52,140 bases of DNA, taken from positions 1 to 52,140 of the forward strand of contig RBNJ01000021.1 of assembly GCA_003990765.1 (NCBI GenBank), written 5' to 3'. The notes below the pieces were generated by a model. The model made no database searches and was not told the origin of the DNA. It saw nothing but the letters and a program-made list of their open reading frames with translations. The DNA comes from Jimgerdemannia flammicorona (lineage: Eukaryota). This document shows, piece after piece, positions 1 to 12,964 of this stretch (position 1 is the first letter of the stretch; every line of letters starts with the position of its first letter). The translations under genes and the position numbers were made by a program.

Positions 1-99
1 TTTAAAATAAATCTTCCATCATCTGAAATAGTTGCTTCAGCCGACTGAAGAAAAAAAGAATACATACCACAGCAAACTCCAGTGCACACTGGATCATTG

Positions 100-1540
100 C
101 AAATGTTGAGTTCCAACGCATACAGACGTCCAATATAAGCTCTTTTGGGGCTAAACTGATTGCCCTACACTGCACAGTGAATTTGTCTCGTCATTGTGGA
201 GATGATCGGACTGACACAACCAGTTTGCGCAGCTTGGAAATTATACTCAGGGCCCCTCCTCTCTCGGATGTTTTGTCTACATGCATAAGATAGTCCTGAA
301 CAGCGAGGTTCAGTACGTGGGCCTGGTATCGCACACAGCAGCTTTCTGCACTGAAGGCCACATTTTCCTGTTTGAGGCTGGCCGCTAAACCTTGGAAAAA
401 TGTTGAGTTGTTTGTGGCATTGTCCATCGTAATGGCCAAAATCTGTACTTGAAATATTTGGTTGACAAATTTGTGTGAAAATAAGTAATCAATAAAATCT
501 GGTTTGGTTTAGGACCTCTCTCAAAACACCGACCTGATGGCAAGCCCCCCTTTTTTACCTTGGTGGTGATCCCAAGCTTCCGGATACAACTAATAAAAGC
601 ATCTGCGATGTTTTCTCCAGAATGAGGGCCAGCAAGTTTGACGAAGTCAAGGGTGAGAGATTTAAGCTGCCAATCGAGGTCAATCTAATGACTGGTAATG
701 CCCAGAAATGAAATTGCATTGGGGGATGTCCATGTGTCGATCGTAAACAAAATTTTGCCTGCCAAATTCTGCTTATTGAATGTGAGGTTAAATTGGTGAG
801 CTCTTTTGTATAATTCAGCTTGCAAAGGTCACAGTGCTGCCCTTATTTTACCTGAAGTGTCTGGCGGAGATTGTCATGCTCCTTCCTATAGGCCTCCAGG
901 ACATCTTTGTGAATAGTATCGGCACTTAGCAAATATAAATCGTGCTTGAGGAGGCCAAAGATGCTATGCAATTGATCACTCTCGATGGTTGTGAATGGCT
1001 GGTCTGTGCACATAATCCAGCGAATGAGCCGATTTTGAAATTCTGCCGAAGAGTATGGCTAAAATTTTTGATTAAATAGCATTGTTGGTATAGAAATGGT
1101 CAGGCAATCGGATAAACGTACTCACCACAGCTTGGATGTTGATTTTATTTGTCTCCATGTTCTTTTTGATTTTGTCAGAGTACTTGTCTTTTATGTATCG
1201 ATTCATGTTCGAAGTCGTACCCCCAAGCATTTTGAACTTCTGGCTGGTGCAGTTCATGGGGGTGGATGAAACAATATCATGTGTGTATCAAACAATATCA
1301 TGTGTGTCAAAACAAGGTGTCAATAGGTGCATCTTAATTTTTTACCTGCAATAATTACAAACAACATCATCTCCTATCTTAGTACAATGTTGCCAGATTT
1401 CGGAGTGAGGATTGCATGGAAGGTGTGGAACTATCAGGGATGTTTGACTTGAAGCATCATCGGTACTGTGAACTGTTGAAGACTGATCTGTCAACATGTG
1501 TGTTTGTGTGTTTGCATGTGTATGTGTATGCATGTGTGTA
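100..1540 (-). pseudogene. hAT transposase with BED zinc finger and part of the DDE core; intron-containing, disrupted
   Basis: ORF fragments 191-439, 1072-1257 and 1342-1533. There is an in-frame stop at a conserved Trp position (~685) and the C of the CxxH motif is replaced by Y. Confidence 0.85.
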
Positions 1541-1566
1541 TATGCATGTATGTGTGTTGTGTTGTG
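1495..1566. repeat. Imperfect (TG)n/(TATG)n microsatellite
   Basis: tgtgtgtttgtgtgtttgcatgtgtatgtgtatgcatgtgtg... Confidence 0.9.
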
Positions 1567-1589
1567 GACGCGTCCGGCATATAAGTCAT

Positions 1590-2030
1590 GTGGAGGATTT
1601 GGATTAGAGGATTCGGTTGAAGGATTTGGATGAGGATTCGGATTGAAGGATTTGAATTGGAGGATTTGAATTGGAGGATTTGAATTGGAGGATTTGAATT
1701 GAGTGATTCGGATTGAGTGATTCAGATTGAGTGATTCGGATTGAGTGATTCGGATTGAGTGATTCGGATTGAGTGGTTCGGATTGGAGTGGTTCGGATGG
1801 GTGATTCAGATGGGTGATTCGGATGGGGTGATTCGGATGGGGCGATTCGGATTGAGTGATTCGGATTGAGTGATTCAGATTGGGGTGGTTCGGATGGGTG
1901 ATTCGGATGGGGCGATTCGGATGGGGCGATTCAGATTAAATCCAAGTGGATCCGGATAGCTTCGGATTTGAGATTCGAATCAAACTGTCATGTGATGAAT
2001 CGAATCCGGATTTGATTCGAATTGACTCGT
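1590..2030. repeat. Subterminal tandem array of the hAT element (~14-15 bp unit GTGATTCGGATTGA and variants)
   Basis: Many adjacent copies of gattcggat/gatttgaat lie immediately inside the terminus. Confidence 0.9.
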
Positions 2031-2041
2031 TCGGAGCACTA

Positions 2042-2583
2042 CTCTAAACATTGGCTGAGAGAGTGTGAGATGATAGGAGACTTTTGGAGAGAGATTGAAA
2101 TATAGCTGAGAGTGTGCTTACCAGGGCTGGTAGCTGGAGAGAGGTGGGGCAATCTCTGGAGGAGGATGGTGGGGGGAGTGGGAGATGAGTGGCTGATATT
2201 AGAATGGGTGTTAGTGATCTGGATCAGTATGGCTTAACATTAGCTTTTAGTATTTGAGGAGGATTGAAGGCTGTCACTAGAGTGGAGAGTAGCTAGATGA
2301 GAATGGCTGATGTTAAATATATTGAATGGGTGGTGGAGGGGTGGAGGTGTAGGTAGAGGGTATCAGTAGTAGCTGGTGAAGACAATCTGTATAAAGAGTA
2401 GAGAGAGTATTAGGGTGACAAAAGAGTAAGTAGTATTTCAGGGTAATGGTAAGAGATAGAGAGACTTTCTAAGTGAGATTGGGTGAGGGACATATGTGTA
2501 TTAGCAATATATCTTAGATTTAGATAATAAATTAGAAGTCCACATAACTAAAAAAAAAAAAAAAAAAAAAAAAACCACAAAAC

Positions 2584-2610
<27 letters not shown>
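2042..2610 (+). mobile_element. 3' fragment of a poly(A)-tailed non-LTR retroelement
   Basis: G-rich strand ending aataaa..gaagtccacataact, followed by poly(A) 2550-2610. A similar 3' end occurs at 12511-12537 and, reversed, at 52061-52090. Confidence 0.6.
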
Positions 2611-2615
<5 letters not shown>

Positions 2616-3130
2616 TATACTTTTTGAAAAATAACTAAATATTTTATTACTTATGTAACTGAGGCCTCAAGCCAATCTTCATAGCAGCTTCAACTTTATA
2701 ATTTATCTCAATTGAACTAGTATATTATATTTGGAGGCTCAACTGAAAAGTTTTTCAAATCTAAATAACTTTTTAGCTCATAAGAACCTAATAGTTAAAC
2801 TAGATATTTTTAATACAATACTAATCTCTGCTATTACAGGAAAATAAATCATTAGTAATATTTAGACTAGAAGAGAAGTAATTACCTCAAGACTTACTAA
2901 CTATCCAGTATTAGAAGGATCTCAATCAGAAGTATGAAATTCTCAATCAGTACTATCTCAATTATTAAGAGTACAGCTTGTAAATACTTCAAAAATACTA
3001 GCAGACTTATCACTAAAAGATCTAATCCAGCCAGACAATACTAAAGAACCTATCTGAAGTTCTAATGAACTTGTATAAAAACTTAAAAACCATATTATCA
3101 GATTTCTATTTTATTGAAGGTTTTCATCTA

Positions 3131-3162
<32 letters not shown>

Positions 3163-3350
3163 AAGTTCTGTGAATTTTTATTGGAAAGAAACCTAGACTA
3201 TATAAGCCAAAACTCTCCCCCACTACCTGAGCACTACACCCTTATTGAATCTAGGCTAGCTATTGTCCAGCAGCTTGACCATACCAGATACAGTAGGGCA
3301 AAGTTGTCTGCACCTCATTCTGTACAACATGCTCTTTCTATCACCAGGGG
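3131..3350 (-). mobile_element. Probable non-LTR 3' fragment (minus strand) abutting the truncated A1 LTR
   Basis: Poly(T) 3131-3155. The minus strand is G-rich with AATAAA shortly before the tail, and similarity to the A LTR begins only at ~3351. Confidence 0.45.
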
Positions 3351-3737
3351 GCCACAGAAGCCCAATCCACCATCACTCTCAATAGTGATGAGGTAGAAGA
3401 GTTCTGGTATTCTATTCTCTAGAATAATCTAGATTAATTCCTACAAGAATTGATCTCAATATTCTAAGGTCTCAGTATCTAGATTAGACCTCCTCAAGAC
3501 TCCACATTTGTCTCTTATTTTGTAGAAGAAAACCTCATAGATTGGAGAGCCCCTGATCTCTTTGCTCTTCCTGCTACTGCCAAATATGATGATATCATCA
3601 GTGATGATATCATCCTGCTAATTGGCAATATATACAAAATAGACAAAATGTTTACTGATCTCATTTCCTTTGAAGACATCCTGATCTCTAACAGCAACAA
3701 AGATGAAGCCTCCAGGGTTCTGAACATTCTGCTCTGA
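3351..3737 (+). pseudogene. C-terminal part of the LTR-encoded ORF of family A (A1 5' LTR)
   Basis: ATEAQSTITLNSDEVEEFW...FVEENLIDWRAP...FTDLISF...LNILL* aligns to ORF 36883-37464. Its internal stops fall at Gln codons (CAA/CAG to TAA/TAG). Confidence 0.75.
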
Positions 3738-4349
3738 GTTCTTTGTATAATTGTTATTCTTCTAGTATTCTGATCTTACATAACTCAGAAATTCTAATAG
3801 TATTCTTTTCTTATATAACTGAAATCTACTGGTATTCTGAACTTGTGCAACCATTTGTACAGGCACTCAAGTTTGTACTTACAACTAAAGTTTTCTGTAT
3901 ACCTCATTTATTTAGTTATTGAAATTTATATTTAGCTTTTTATCTTAGCAACCTTGAATTATATTTTGTATAAATACCCCTCTCATTTTTTTTGAAATAA
4001 AGTCAGTTCCCTCAGTTCCCTCAGTATACTTATACTCAATTCTATACAAGCAATCTAAGAGATAATAAGACAGTTTAAAGATAAGAAGTTTGAGGACTAT
4101 AAGATCTTGAGAAGGTACTCCAATAAGTACTTACTTATAACAAACTTATAGTTAGTCTAAGAGATATACCTTGAAGAGAATCTGATATACTTGAAGGACT
4201 TAGCACCTACTATATGACAACTTGATGTCTATTAGCTGGTGATTCAAGATGAATCTCTCACTTTCAAGCTGAAAAAACAAATAACCACTACAATAACTAC
4301 TCTGTCTACAAGAGTCAACTTCTGCAAGAATTCAAGATAAGATAGAAAT

Positions 4350-7300
4350 ACATCCCTCTATATTCTATGGATTTACTACTAAAGAGTCAATTCTGACCTT
4401 CATTGAAGACTTTGAACAATTTGCTACCATATGAGCTCTTATCATAGATGTACAATTGGCCCTTCTACCAGTCAGTCTCAGAAGACCTGCTAGAGACAAG
4501 TTTAATATAGACACTATTGCTGATACTGGTACAGCCAAACTTATCAATATGAAGAACTTCCTCAGAACTACATATATATTATACTGAAGAGATCAAGCAA
4601 GCTCTCAAAGATCAACTCAATACTATCTGTCAGGGACTCAGTAAAGATTCCAACTTATTCTATATTCAAATCTGCCACCAGATTGTCTTGGCTAATATGA
4701 TAATGCTCTCAAGAAAAAGAGCTGATTCAATCTTTCTAAAAGGAGTCTACTATAAAATTACTCTAGCAATCTAGTCTACTCTAGCTGCTCTGATCCTTGA
4801 TCAGAAAGTGGTCTTTGCATAGAGATATTGAACTATCAGACATCCTGTCAAATACTCAATAGAAAGAATAACTGGCATTAAGATGGAGCCATCAAAACCA
4901 ACCAGCATTATCCCATTACAGCCATCAACAGACAAATATTCCCACCTACTCTCAAGATGACCAAAGCTGACCCAGTGGAGGAACTTACCCAGCAGTTTGC
5001 CAAGATGACTATATATATTAGTAATATTGTTAGAGAAGTACAAAGTGCCAACAGGAGACCAATGTAGAAGTTTGTAGCTACTATAGAGGAATATACCATC
5101 ATATACTTTAAATATAAAAAAGAAGGCCACTATGCAAAAAATTGCATAACCAAAACAAGGTGCAGAGCTCAACTAAGTAATGCTACCAGAACTGAGAATA
5201 AATCATTACAGTAGTCATCGAGGAGATTAGTGATACTGATGATGAAGAATACTATAAGGAGTCTGAATTTTACCCTATTACTAAACCTATTAGAATCCAG
5301 TCTAAGCCCTATGACAAGAAGGATAATAGCAAGCTAGTTGGAAGACCAAAAAAGACCTCAACCATCATTATTTAAAGTAAGACACAATCTGAGGAGATTA
5401 ATTAAGACATAGAGTTAGATGAAGCTGCCCAACAAATTATTGAAGATACTACTCCAGTCTCAGGAGAAAGCAAAAGCAAGAAAGAATAGAAACTGTATAA
5501 GACTAAGATCTACCAGTATAATATCTATAAGGATCTTAAGAAACAGAAGGTCAATGCTACTTTTGGACAACTAGCAGAAGTCTCCGTCTTCAGACAGCAG
5601 TTGAGAGTAGAACTTACAACTACTATCAAGAACCAAGAGTACAAGATCATAGAAGCTCACAATACACAAGGAAATGAACAAAAAGACTCAGGTAAAGAAT
5701 CTGAAGATCAGCACAAGACTTTAGCCTATACTTAATGTCAGATTAAAGATTATATCTTTGATGCCATTATTGATACCAGTGCTGGAAAATACCTTATGAG
5801 CAAGAAGGCAATTGACCATCTAGGCTGAAATATTGGAGAATTTACCAAAATAGTCTATGTTACAGTAGATGGTACATGAGCTACCCCCCTAGGCAAGATC
5901 TGGGAAGTTTCTATCAAGATTGAAGGAGCTACTATCTCAGTAGATGTAATCATTTATAAGTACCACCAACTATGACATCCTCATTAATAACCAATGGCTT
6001 CACAAGACCAAGGTAATCATTGATCTCAATGTCCAGAAAATACAGATCAACTATAGAGAAAGAAAGGTATGAGTCTCTATCAATGTCCACAAAGAAGTAC
6101 TACTAGACATGGAGGAAAGAGATGAAGAGGAAACAGAAGTCTTTATATACTCAGTATATAAGAACAAGAGCAAGACAATCAAGCTCACAGATGAGCAGTA
6201 GTATAACAAGATATTTAATAGCTATGTTTCTCAAGGAAGATACCTCTATAGTGCTAAGATATACTGCTTTGAACATCTGAATAACTACTGGTCCTGCATC
6301 AGTGAAGTCAGAAAAATCTATTAATAAAAGTATAAGCAAGAAGCTGCTAAAGCAAAAAGAAAAGCTAAAGAAGATGGCCAGTCCTCAGAGTTTCAAGCTG
6401 ATAGTAATAATAAGGAGGAATAAGAACCAGACATCACTCTTAATGTTAAGAAGTTTTATCCTAAAGCCAAGATTCCAGAATATAAGACTGAAGGAGCCAT
6501 AGAAATAGACCTTGTCAGCATCCAAGATACTATACTTAAACCACAGACCACCACTTTACTTGATACTGAAATTGGAGTCAAGTTGCCAGAGAACTATGCC
6601 AGAATTATCAAGACTAGAAGCAGTCTGGCCAAGAGTGAAATCTCAGTTAAAGGAGGAGTCATTAATTCTAACTATACTGGTGAGATCTTTCTTATAGTCA
6701 GAAATCACAACTCCACCACTCCATTCAAAGTCAAGAAGTATGACAGAATTGGCCAGATGCTGATCTATGAAGTCAAGAAGCCTAAGATCACTAAAGCCAT
6801 CAAACTCATCAAGACTAAGAGAGGAGAACAAGACTTTGGATCTACTGAAAGAGAAGTCTATACTACTACCAAGATTACTGAACTTGAGCAAAAGACAGAT
6901 AAGGACCAGAATAAGTATACATATATCATTAGAGAAAACTTTTCTCTAAAAAAACAACTTCTCAAGATCTTGCACCAGAATGAGAAAGTACTTACCACAG
7001 ACTTCAGAGATATCTACAATCAAGAATCCAAGTACTACTACAAAGTTGACACCAGTGATATCAAGCCCATCTATCAGAAAGCCAGATCCATACCATCTGC
7101 CTATAGAGAATGACTACAAATAGCACTCAAGAAAATGAAAGAAGTCAGTATCATCAAGCAAGCTATTAGCCCCTAGACTTCACCCATTGTTCTTGCTCCA
7201 AAAAAAGGAAGCAAGCCTGGAGAGTTTGCCTTAAGACTCTGTATTGATTGCAAGAAGCTCAATATAATCACCAAGAAGGATAGACAGCTCTTGCCAAATA

Positions 7301-9510
7301 TTCAAAAAATCCTTACCACTCTTAGAAGTGAAGCCAAATACTACACTACCTTAGATCTGTTCTCAGGCTTTCATCAGATTGATCTCACTCAAGATGTTAG
7401 TGAAAAATCAGCCTTTATTATATCTGATGCCACCTATGTCTACCTGTGAATGCCATTTGGAATATGCAATACCCCAGCAAGTTTTCAGTAAATAATAAAC
7501 AGAGTCTTCAGCAATGAGATCAGAAAATGGCTCTTTGTCTATATTAATGATGTGATCATTTTCAGCAACACTGTATGGGAATATATCAACTATATAGCTA
7601 GCCCTCAAGAAGCTCAAGGAGCATGGCCTCTACATTAAGCCCAAGAAGTGTAAGTTTATAGCTCAAGAAATCACATACCTAGAACACATCATCAATCAGA
7701 CTGGAATTCATACAGACCTCATAAAGATTGAGGCTGTTGCAGCCTATCTAAGATCAAGGACAATTACAAAAGTCCATACCTTCCTTGGACTGATCTCTTA
7801 CTACAGAAGATTCATCAGAGAATTGTAGCACCTATCTATGAGCTACTAAAGAAGGAGACCAAATTCGAATGGACCAAGAAGTATCAAGAAACCTTCAATG
7901 AACTTAAGATCAGATTGGAACCTAGAGTTCATCCTGCAGACAGATATAAGTGCTATAGGACATGGAGTAGAGCTAGCTCAGAAGAAAGATGGATATGAAT
8001 ATGTCATCTCTTATGCAGGCCAAGGTACTCACAGAGTAGAACAGAACTATAAGTTATATAAGCTTGAATACTTAGCAGTAGTCTGGGCAGTAGACAAGTT
8101 CTACTACTATTTAGCTAGAAAATACTTCATTATTCAAATAGATCACTCTGTTCTCATCTGGCTATTCCATACTCTGAACTCTAAAGGAATATATACTAGA
8201 TAGATCTATAGACTATAAGAGTATGACTATACTGTCAAATACCACTCAGAAAGAACTAATGCCAATGCTGATACACTTTTAAGGATATTTCAAAATACTC
8301 TCATCAAGACTATTCAATATGAATAAGGAGTTATATTATGGATTAATTAGCTACCTTGGGCAGCAAAAGATGCCCAACCATCTTGAACCCTGAACTATCA
8401 CTATTATCAATCAGACTTAGAAACAATTTGAACTAGACAATACTATACTCAGAAAAGGAAGAAAGCTTATAATACCTGAACATAAGAAGTATCAAGTAAT
8501 GAAGGAAGTATATAAACAAGGATATCTAGGAGGAACTAATATATATAACAAGATAAGAAGAACTATGTGATGACCTAAAATAGAAGAAGACCTGTACTAA
8601 TTTGTCAAAGGGTGTGATAAGTACCAAAAACAGAAATAAGATCAGCAAGGCCAGACACCTGAGTCATCAAGAATTGAACCTATCTCCTTCTACTACATTA
8701 CAATGGACATCATTGGACCACTACCAGTAACTCTATTAGTAAACTGCTATATCATAGTTATTGTAGATCTCTTTACTAAATAGATAGAAGCAGGAGTATT
8801 ACAAGAAGTCAATGCTCTCTCTATTGCTAACTTCCTATATCAAGAAATCATCTGCTAATATAAGACACCAAGACAAATCACTACAGACTGTGGTACAGAA
8901 TTTGTCAACAGATTCCACAAGATAATATATCAGAAATATAAGATTTGGTACATCAAGACTACTATGTATCACTCTCAAGAAAATGGAGAGACAGAAAGAA
9001 CCAATAAGACCCTTAAGAACATCCTGGCCAAGATCTCAGAAACATATAAAAATTGGGATAACCACCTCCAACTACCCTCTCTATCTTATAAGATATATAG
9101 TCACAGAGTATATACTTTACTTCAAAAGAACTCTCTTTAGAGAAGAAGATTCTGATAAAACCTCAGCTACAAATCTAGATCTAACTTAGTGATAGATTGA
9201 CTCAGAAATCTAGAGACTATACCAAATCAGGAAGAAGGCAGAAGATTATATTATTAAGTTACAAGCACTGACAAGAAAGAATGTAAAAAAGAATTATAAG
9301 ACTCTAGAACTCATTCAAATTAGAGAAAAGATTCTACTATATCAAAATATAGTAAAAGTCTCATAGTTACAAAAACTGAAGCCCAAATAGAAAGAAACTT
9401 TCTATATGCAAGACATCAAGATAACTACCTTCTGGCTTAGAAAACTCTTAGAGATTATACTGCCTACTATGATATATAGAAACAGACTCAAGAAGTACTA
9501 TAAACACATA
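4350..9510 (+). pseudogene. A1 gag-pol: gag with zinc knuckle (~5100-5150), aspartic protease (~5755-6000), dUTPase, RT (~7110-7810), RNase H (~7915-8290), integrase (~8330-9510)
   Basis: DAIIDTSAG protease motif; RT LDLFSGFHQI and VYINDVIIFS; RNase H FILQTDISAIG...LEYLAVVWAVDKF; integrase MDIIGPLP. Many stops and frameshifts. Confidence 0.9.
6440..6850 (+). pseudogene. dUTPase domain of A1, between protease and RT
   Basis: ORF 6583-7113: RSSLAK, GGVINSNYTGEI, DRIGQ and RGEQDFGST correspond to trimeric dUTPase motifs II-V. Confidence 0.9.
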
Positions 9511-10242
9511 TAAGAGAAGCAAAATATAATAACCACCTGTGAGGTTCTAGTCTGTGAATCATAACAGCATATCTTATGACCAGCAGGTAATCTGTCTGGA
9601 CTATTCTCTAAAAAATATGGTACCAGCAACTACTCATCTGTGAGACTTCAAAGCTAAAGGAGTTTGAACTATCAACTGATTGATCAAGATTAGAATTAAA
9701 CCCTTGCTCTATATAAAGAAAGTGACTCTTCACCATTATGCCAAAATATATAAAGAAGATATTAGCTCATAAATACCACTTTTTGACCCCCTGTCAGAGG
9801 TTATGGGATTAGCAAATTTTTCAGACTAGACCAATGAATAAGAATATTCAAAAGAAGATTCTTATTCAGGAAGAAGATGTAACAGTGATCTTATAATGGT
9901 GACATTATCATAGGAGATAGCCTTTTCTTACAAGCTTTCAGATTAGAGTATATGTAAGAAGATTATATGGCATAACTCACCCAGACTATAAAATGAGTAA
10001 TGATGACCAACCATAAGTCATTGCAACTATAAGATAGATATCTCAAGAAATATAAAAGAAGAACTAAGGAAACACAGCAGCAGCAACTTAAACAAGACTC
10101 ACAAACTCCCAAAATAGCTCAAAGACTCACTATAAACAAAATGTCTGCTACTCACCAAACTTTAAGATCTAGCAACTACTAAGGATTCTCAGTCCTAAAA
10201 AGAATGTTCCAAGATATCAAAAGAGTCATAAGGACCTATACT

Positions 10243-10490
10243 AATATTTGAAGCTCTCAGCTTATGCTTGTTGCTCATGGGATTAGAGTATGTACTCACT
10301 ACAATATTCAAAGCTCTCAGCTTTATAGGATTATAGGCTTATAGGCTTGCACTTGTTGCAATATTCAAAGCTCTTGGCTTACATTTATTGCTTACAGAAT
10401 TGTAGGCCTGAAGGCTGTAATATTTGAAGCTCTCAGCTTACACTTGTTACTTGTAGACTTATGGACTGGTGAGCTTGCAAGTATAAGTAT
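10243..10490. repeat. Four imperfect ~60-bp tandem units with core AATATTYRAAGCTCTCAGCTT, probably subterminal repeats of the adjacent hAT
   Basis: The core occurs at ~10243, ~10303, ~10359 and ~10419, downstream of the minus-strand hAT C-terminus. Confidence 0.7.
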
Positions 10491-10829
10491 TTCAGATATA
10501 ATGACCAAGTAGGTATAATGTATATCCTTAAGCTTTGAATATATTTGAAATTCTATATATTATACCATTTATACTGCTTGTCATCTATCCCTAGTACTTC
10601 CAGGCAGATACAATGATATCTTGCTCATCTCATCAGAACTAGAAATAACAGAAATCATATTCAAATATGACAATCAGGTATGTATTCAGAAATTATATTC
10701 AGATATGGTATATCCATAAGTTCTGGATCATACTTGTATAATATGATACCCAAGTACTATATTTATTTGGTATTTTGAAATTTAACTACATTTTAAGATT
10801 TAAGATTGGCTATTTTTATTGGAATACTA

Positions 10830-11760
10830 GACTGATTGCCATACCTTTAAACACATATATTCATAAATTGTTTCAGGGTCTAAAGTATCTCTTTTAGGCA
10901 TCATAAGATCTGTACTACTTGAAAAAATCCACTCAATTGGAGTACTTGTTGCTGGGATAGCTAAATAGTCATATGCCATTTTTACTAGATTTCAGAAATC
11001 TTCACTATGGCTCTAATGTTTTTAATAAATTAATTAATTAGAAAAACTCAGTGTTTCAAAATAGACCTAATTTGAAAATGAAAATCCAACTCATTTATCA
11101 CTAAGATAATGTATCAACTTCTGATTGAAATTTCACAATTTCACTTTATAAATATATATCTACTTCCTGCTCAGGATTTATTGTCAGTTTTTATCTTTTG
11201 TTAAAGAATATATATTGATTTAGTTTAGTATTGATGTCATCTACTTCAATTGTAGCATTAGTGTCATCTACTTCAGAATTTGTATAATAAACTGATTCAG
11301 ATAGAGAGGTATAGTTTTTGTTATAGACTATACAAAATATGTTTTCAGCCTTTTCAATCCAAATATCTTCTCAATTATGAGATGAATAATATTCTAGTTT
11401 AATCCTGGGATTGAGAACTGGTTTTATTCCAAAAAAAGAAAAAAAAAATAATTTCAAAATAGATTTATAGTAACTAACCAATTAAGTAAATTTCAAATTT
11501 TGAAATAGATATATGTTGTCTTTAGTACTAAATGAATTTCAAAATTAATTACTAGTATCAATATAATAAAGACTATCTATCATTGAATAGTATGTCTTCA
11601 ACTTATCAATAGCTGCTATTATTGCCTAGTGAATAGTATCTGACTCTTCTGTCTTTGCTATATATATTTGAATATCTTTGTTATTATCCTCCAATATATT
11701 CAGTAGAAAATTGTAAATTGAAATAGCTATATAAATTGTTGTAGATTGACTTTCAGCTTA
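10830..11760 (-). pseudogene. hAT transposase C-terminal remnant (dimerisation domain), heavily mutated
   Basis: Minus strand ~11010-10830 reads F*NLVKMAYDYLAIPATSTPIEWIFSSSTDLMMPKRDTLDPETIYEYMCLKVW, which fits the hAT dimerisation motif. Confidence 0.85.
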
Positions 11761-12589
11761 AGAAAGTATATAGTATCAGTAAGGACAGAGTAGAGATCTA
11801 TACTCCAAGAGTTGCAAGAGATAGTTCTAAATAAAGATTAGAACTGAGTAGATATCTAATTAAAAGGAGAGAAAGTATTAAGATAGCTCTTTTTTAAGTT
11901 CTAGATTATATAGTGGTAACTCTTATAATAGAATATAATTTTGAAGTTTTGGTCAGAATATTTAGTAGAAGAGAGATTATTTGAGTATGAAAAGAGCTTT
12001 AATATTGAGTAAGAGAGTGAAGTGGTACAGACTCCAGAATATTGACTGGAGAGTATAAGGTGTTATTAGATTCCTAATTAGCTATTGAGAACTGATTGGA
12101 GATACTATCTCCTAGAGAGATGGGTGGGGGGCAGTGGAGTACTCTTTAGTTAAAACTAGTAGAGGAGATTAATAATAAGTGGCTTTCTGTAAGATAGACC
12201 CTTGTAGTTTAAGTTAGTCTTCTAGATATTAGCTATTTATTTTTGAGAATAGTCTGTAGCTATTACTAGAAGTAAGAGTATTAAGATAAGAGTAGTTATT
12301 GATAAAATTGTTGAACAGATAGTGAGTTGAGTGAAGTCCTAAAGAGGGTCAATACTATGAGCTAATAGAATAGATTTATATAAAAAGTGAGGGAAGGGTT
12401 TAGATAGTTGGGAGATAGTTGACTTTTATAGAAGATTGAGAGGAGACCTTATGAGAGAGTTGGGTAGAGGAGTAGAGCTTTGCTATTTATATAGATATAG
12501 ATTAGTTTGATAATAAATATAGGAGTTTAAATAACTTAAAAAAAAAAAAAAAAGTAAAAAAAAATAAAAAAAAAAAAAAAAAAAAAAAA
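11760..12589 (+). mobile_element. 3' fragment of a poly(A)-tailed non-LTR retroelement interrupting the hAT remnant
   Basis: G-rich strand ending aataaatataggagtttaaataactt, followed by poly(A) 12538-12589. Confidence 0.6.
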
Positions 12590-12686
12590 GAGATAGCACA
12601 GACCTCCTCAAAGAAGGCCTGGCAGTATTTCTCAGGAAGAATAGAGAACTTGATAATAGACAGAGCTATTATATCAATCTTATAGC

Positions 12687-12964
12687 TAGTGCTCTCAAAT
12701 CAATTGAATTAATTTAAATTAAATTAAATTAATTTGAAGATTTTTCAATTTAAATAAATTTCAAATCAAATTGAATTTAAATCAAATTAAGTATATATTT
12801 GGAAATATTAAAAGATAATTAAATTTAAATAAAATAATTTAAATTTAAGTCAATTTCAATTATATCATTTTTTTTAGAAATAAATTTTTAAACTAAGAGT
12901 TAAGTTAAATAAGAAAAAAAAAACTAGTTAAAATCAAATTAAATTATTTTATTCAAGAGTATTA
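12687..12964. mobile_element. AT-rich MITE with TAGTGCTCTC-type TIRs (hAT-related)
   Basis: Left end tagtgctctca. The right end caagagtatta is its reverse complement allowing only transitions. The interior is made of aatyaaat motifs. No clear TSD. Confidence 0.55.

Larger units (their letters stand above)
1..2041 (-). mobile_element. hAT DNA transposon: 5' terminus and N-terminal part of the transposase, continuing beyond the window start
   Basis: Minus-strand fragments give a BED finger (SEIWQHCTKIGDDVVCNYC...GGTTSNMNRYI), IDTWTS...FLGITSH*ID, HSGENIADAF, AITMDNATNN and QAHVLNLAVQD. The terminus reads TAGTGCTCCGAACG from 2041 on the minus strand. Confidence 0.9.
3351..10240 (+). mobile_element. 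Ty3/gypsy LTR retrotransposon family A, copy A1 (both LTRs truncated, degenerate)
   Basis: Colinear with A2 (36405-45112, reversed). The 5' LTR remnant 3351-4219 ends TGACA, followed by a PBS-like sequence at 4223, gag-PR-dUTPase-RT-RH-IN, PPT caggaagaaga, and a 3' LTR remnant starting TGTAAC at 9878. Confidence 0.93.

Noticed and set aside
1590-2030. Telomere-like or CRISPR-like array
   Set aside because: It is internal, has no spacers and sits immediately inside a hAT terminus.
10243-10490. CRISPR-like pattern of a conserved ~20-bp core with variable intervening sequence
   Set aside because: The intervening parts resemble each other, the context is eukaryotic and no cas genes are present. 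It is better explained as a degenerate TE subterminal repeat.
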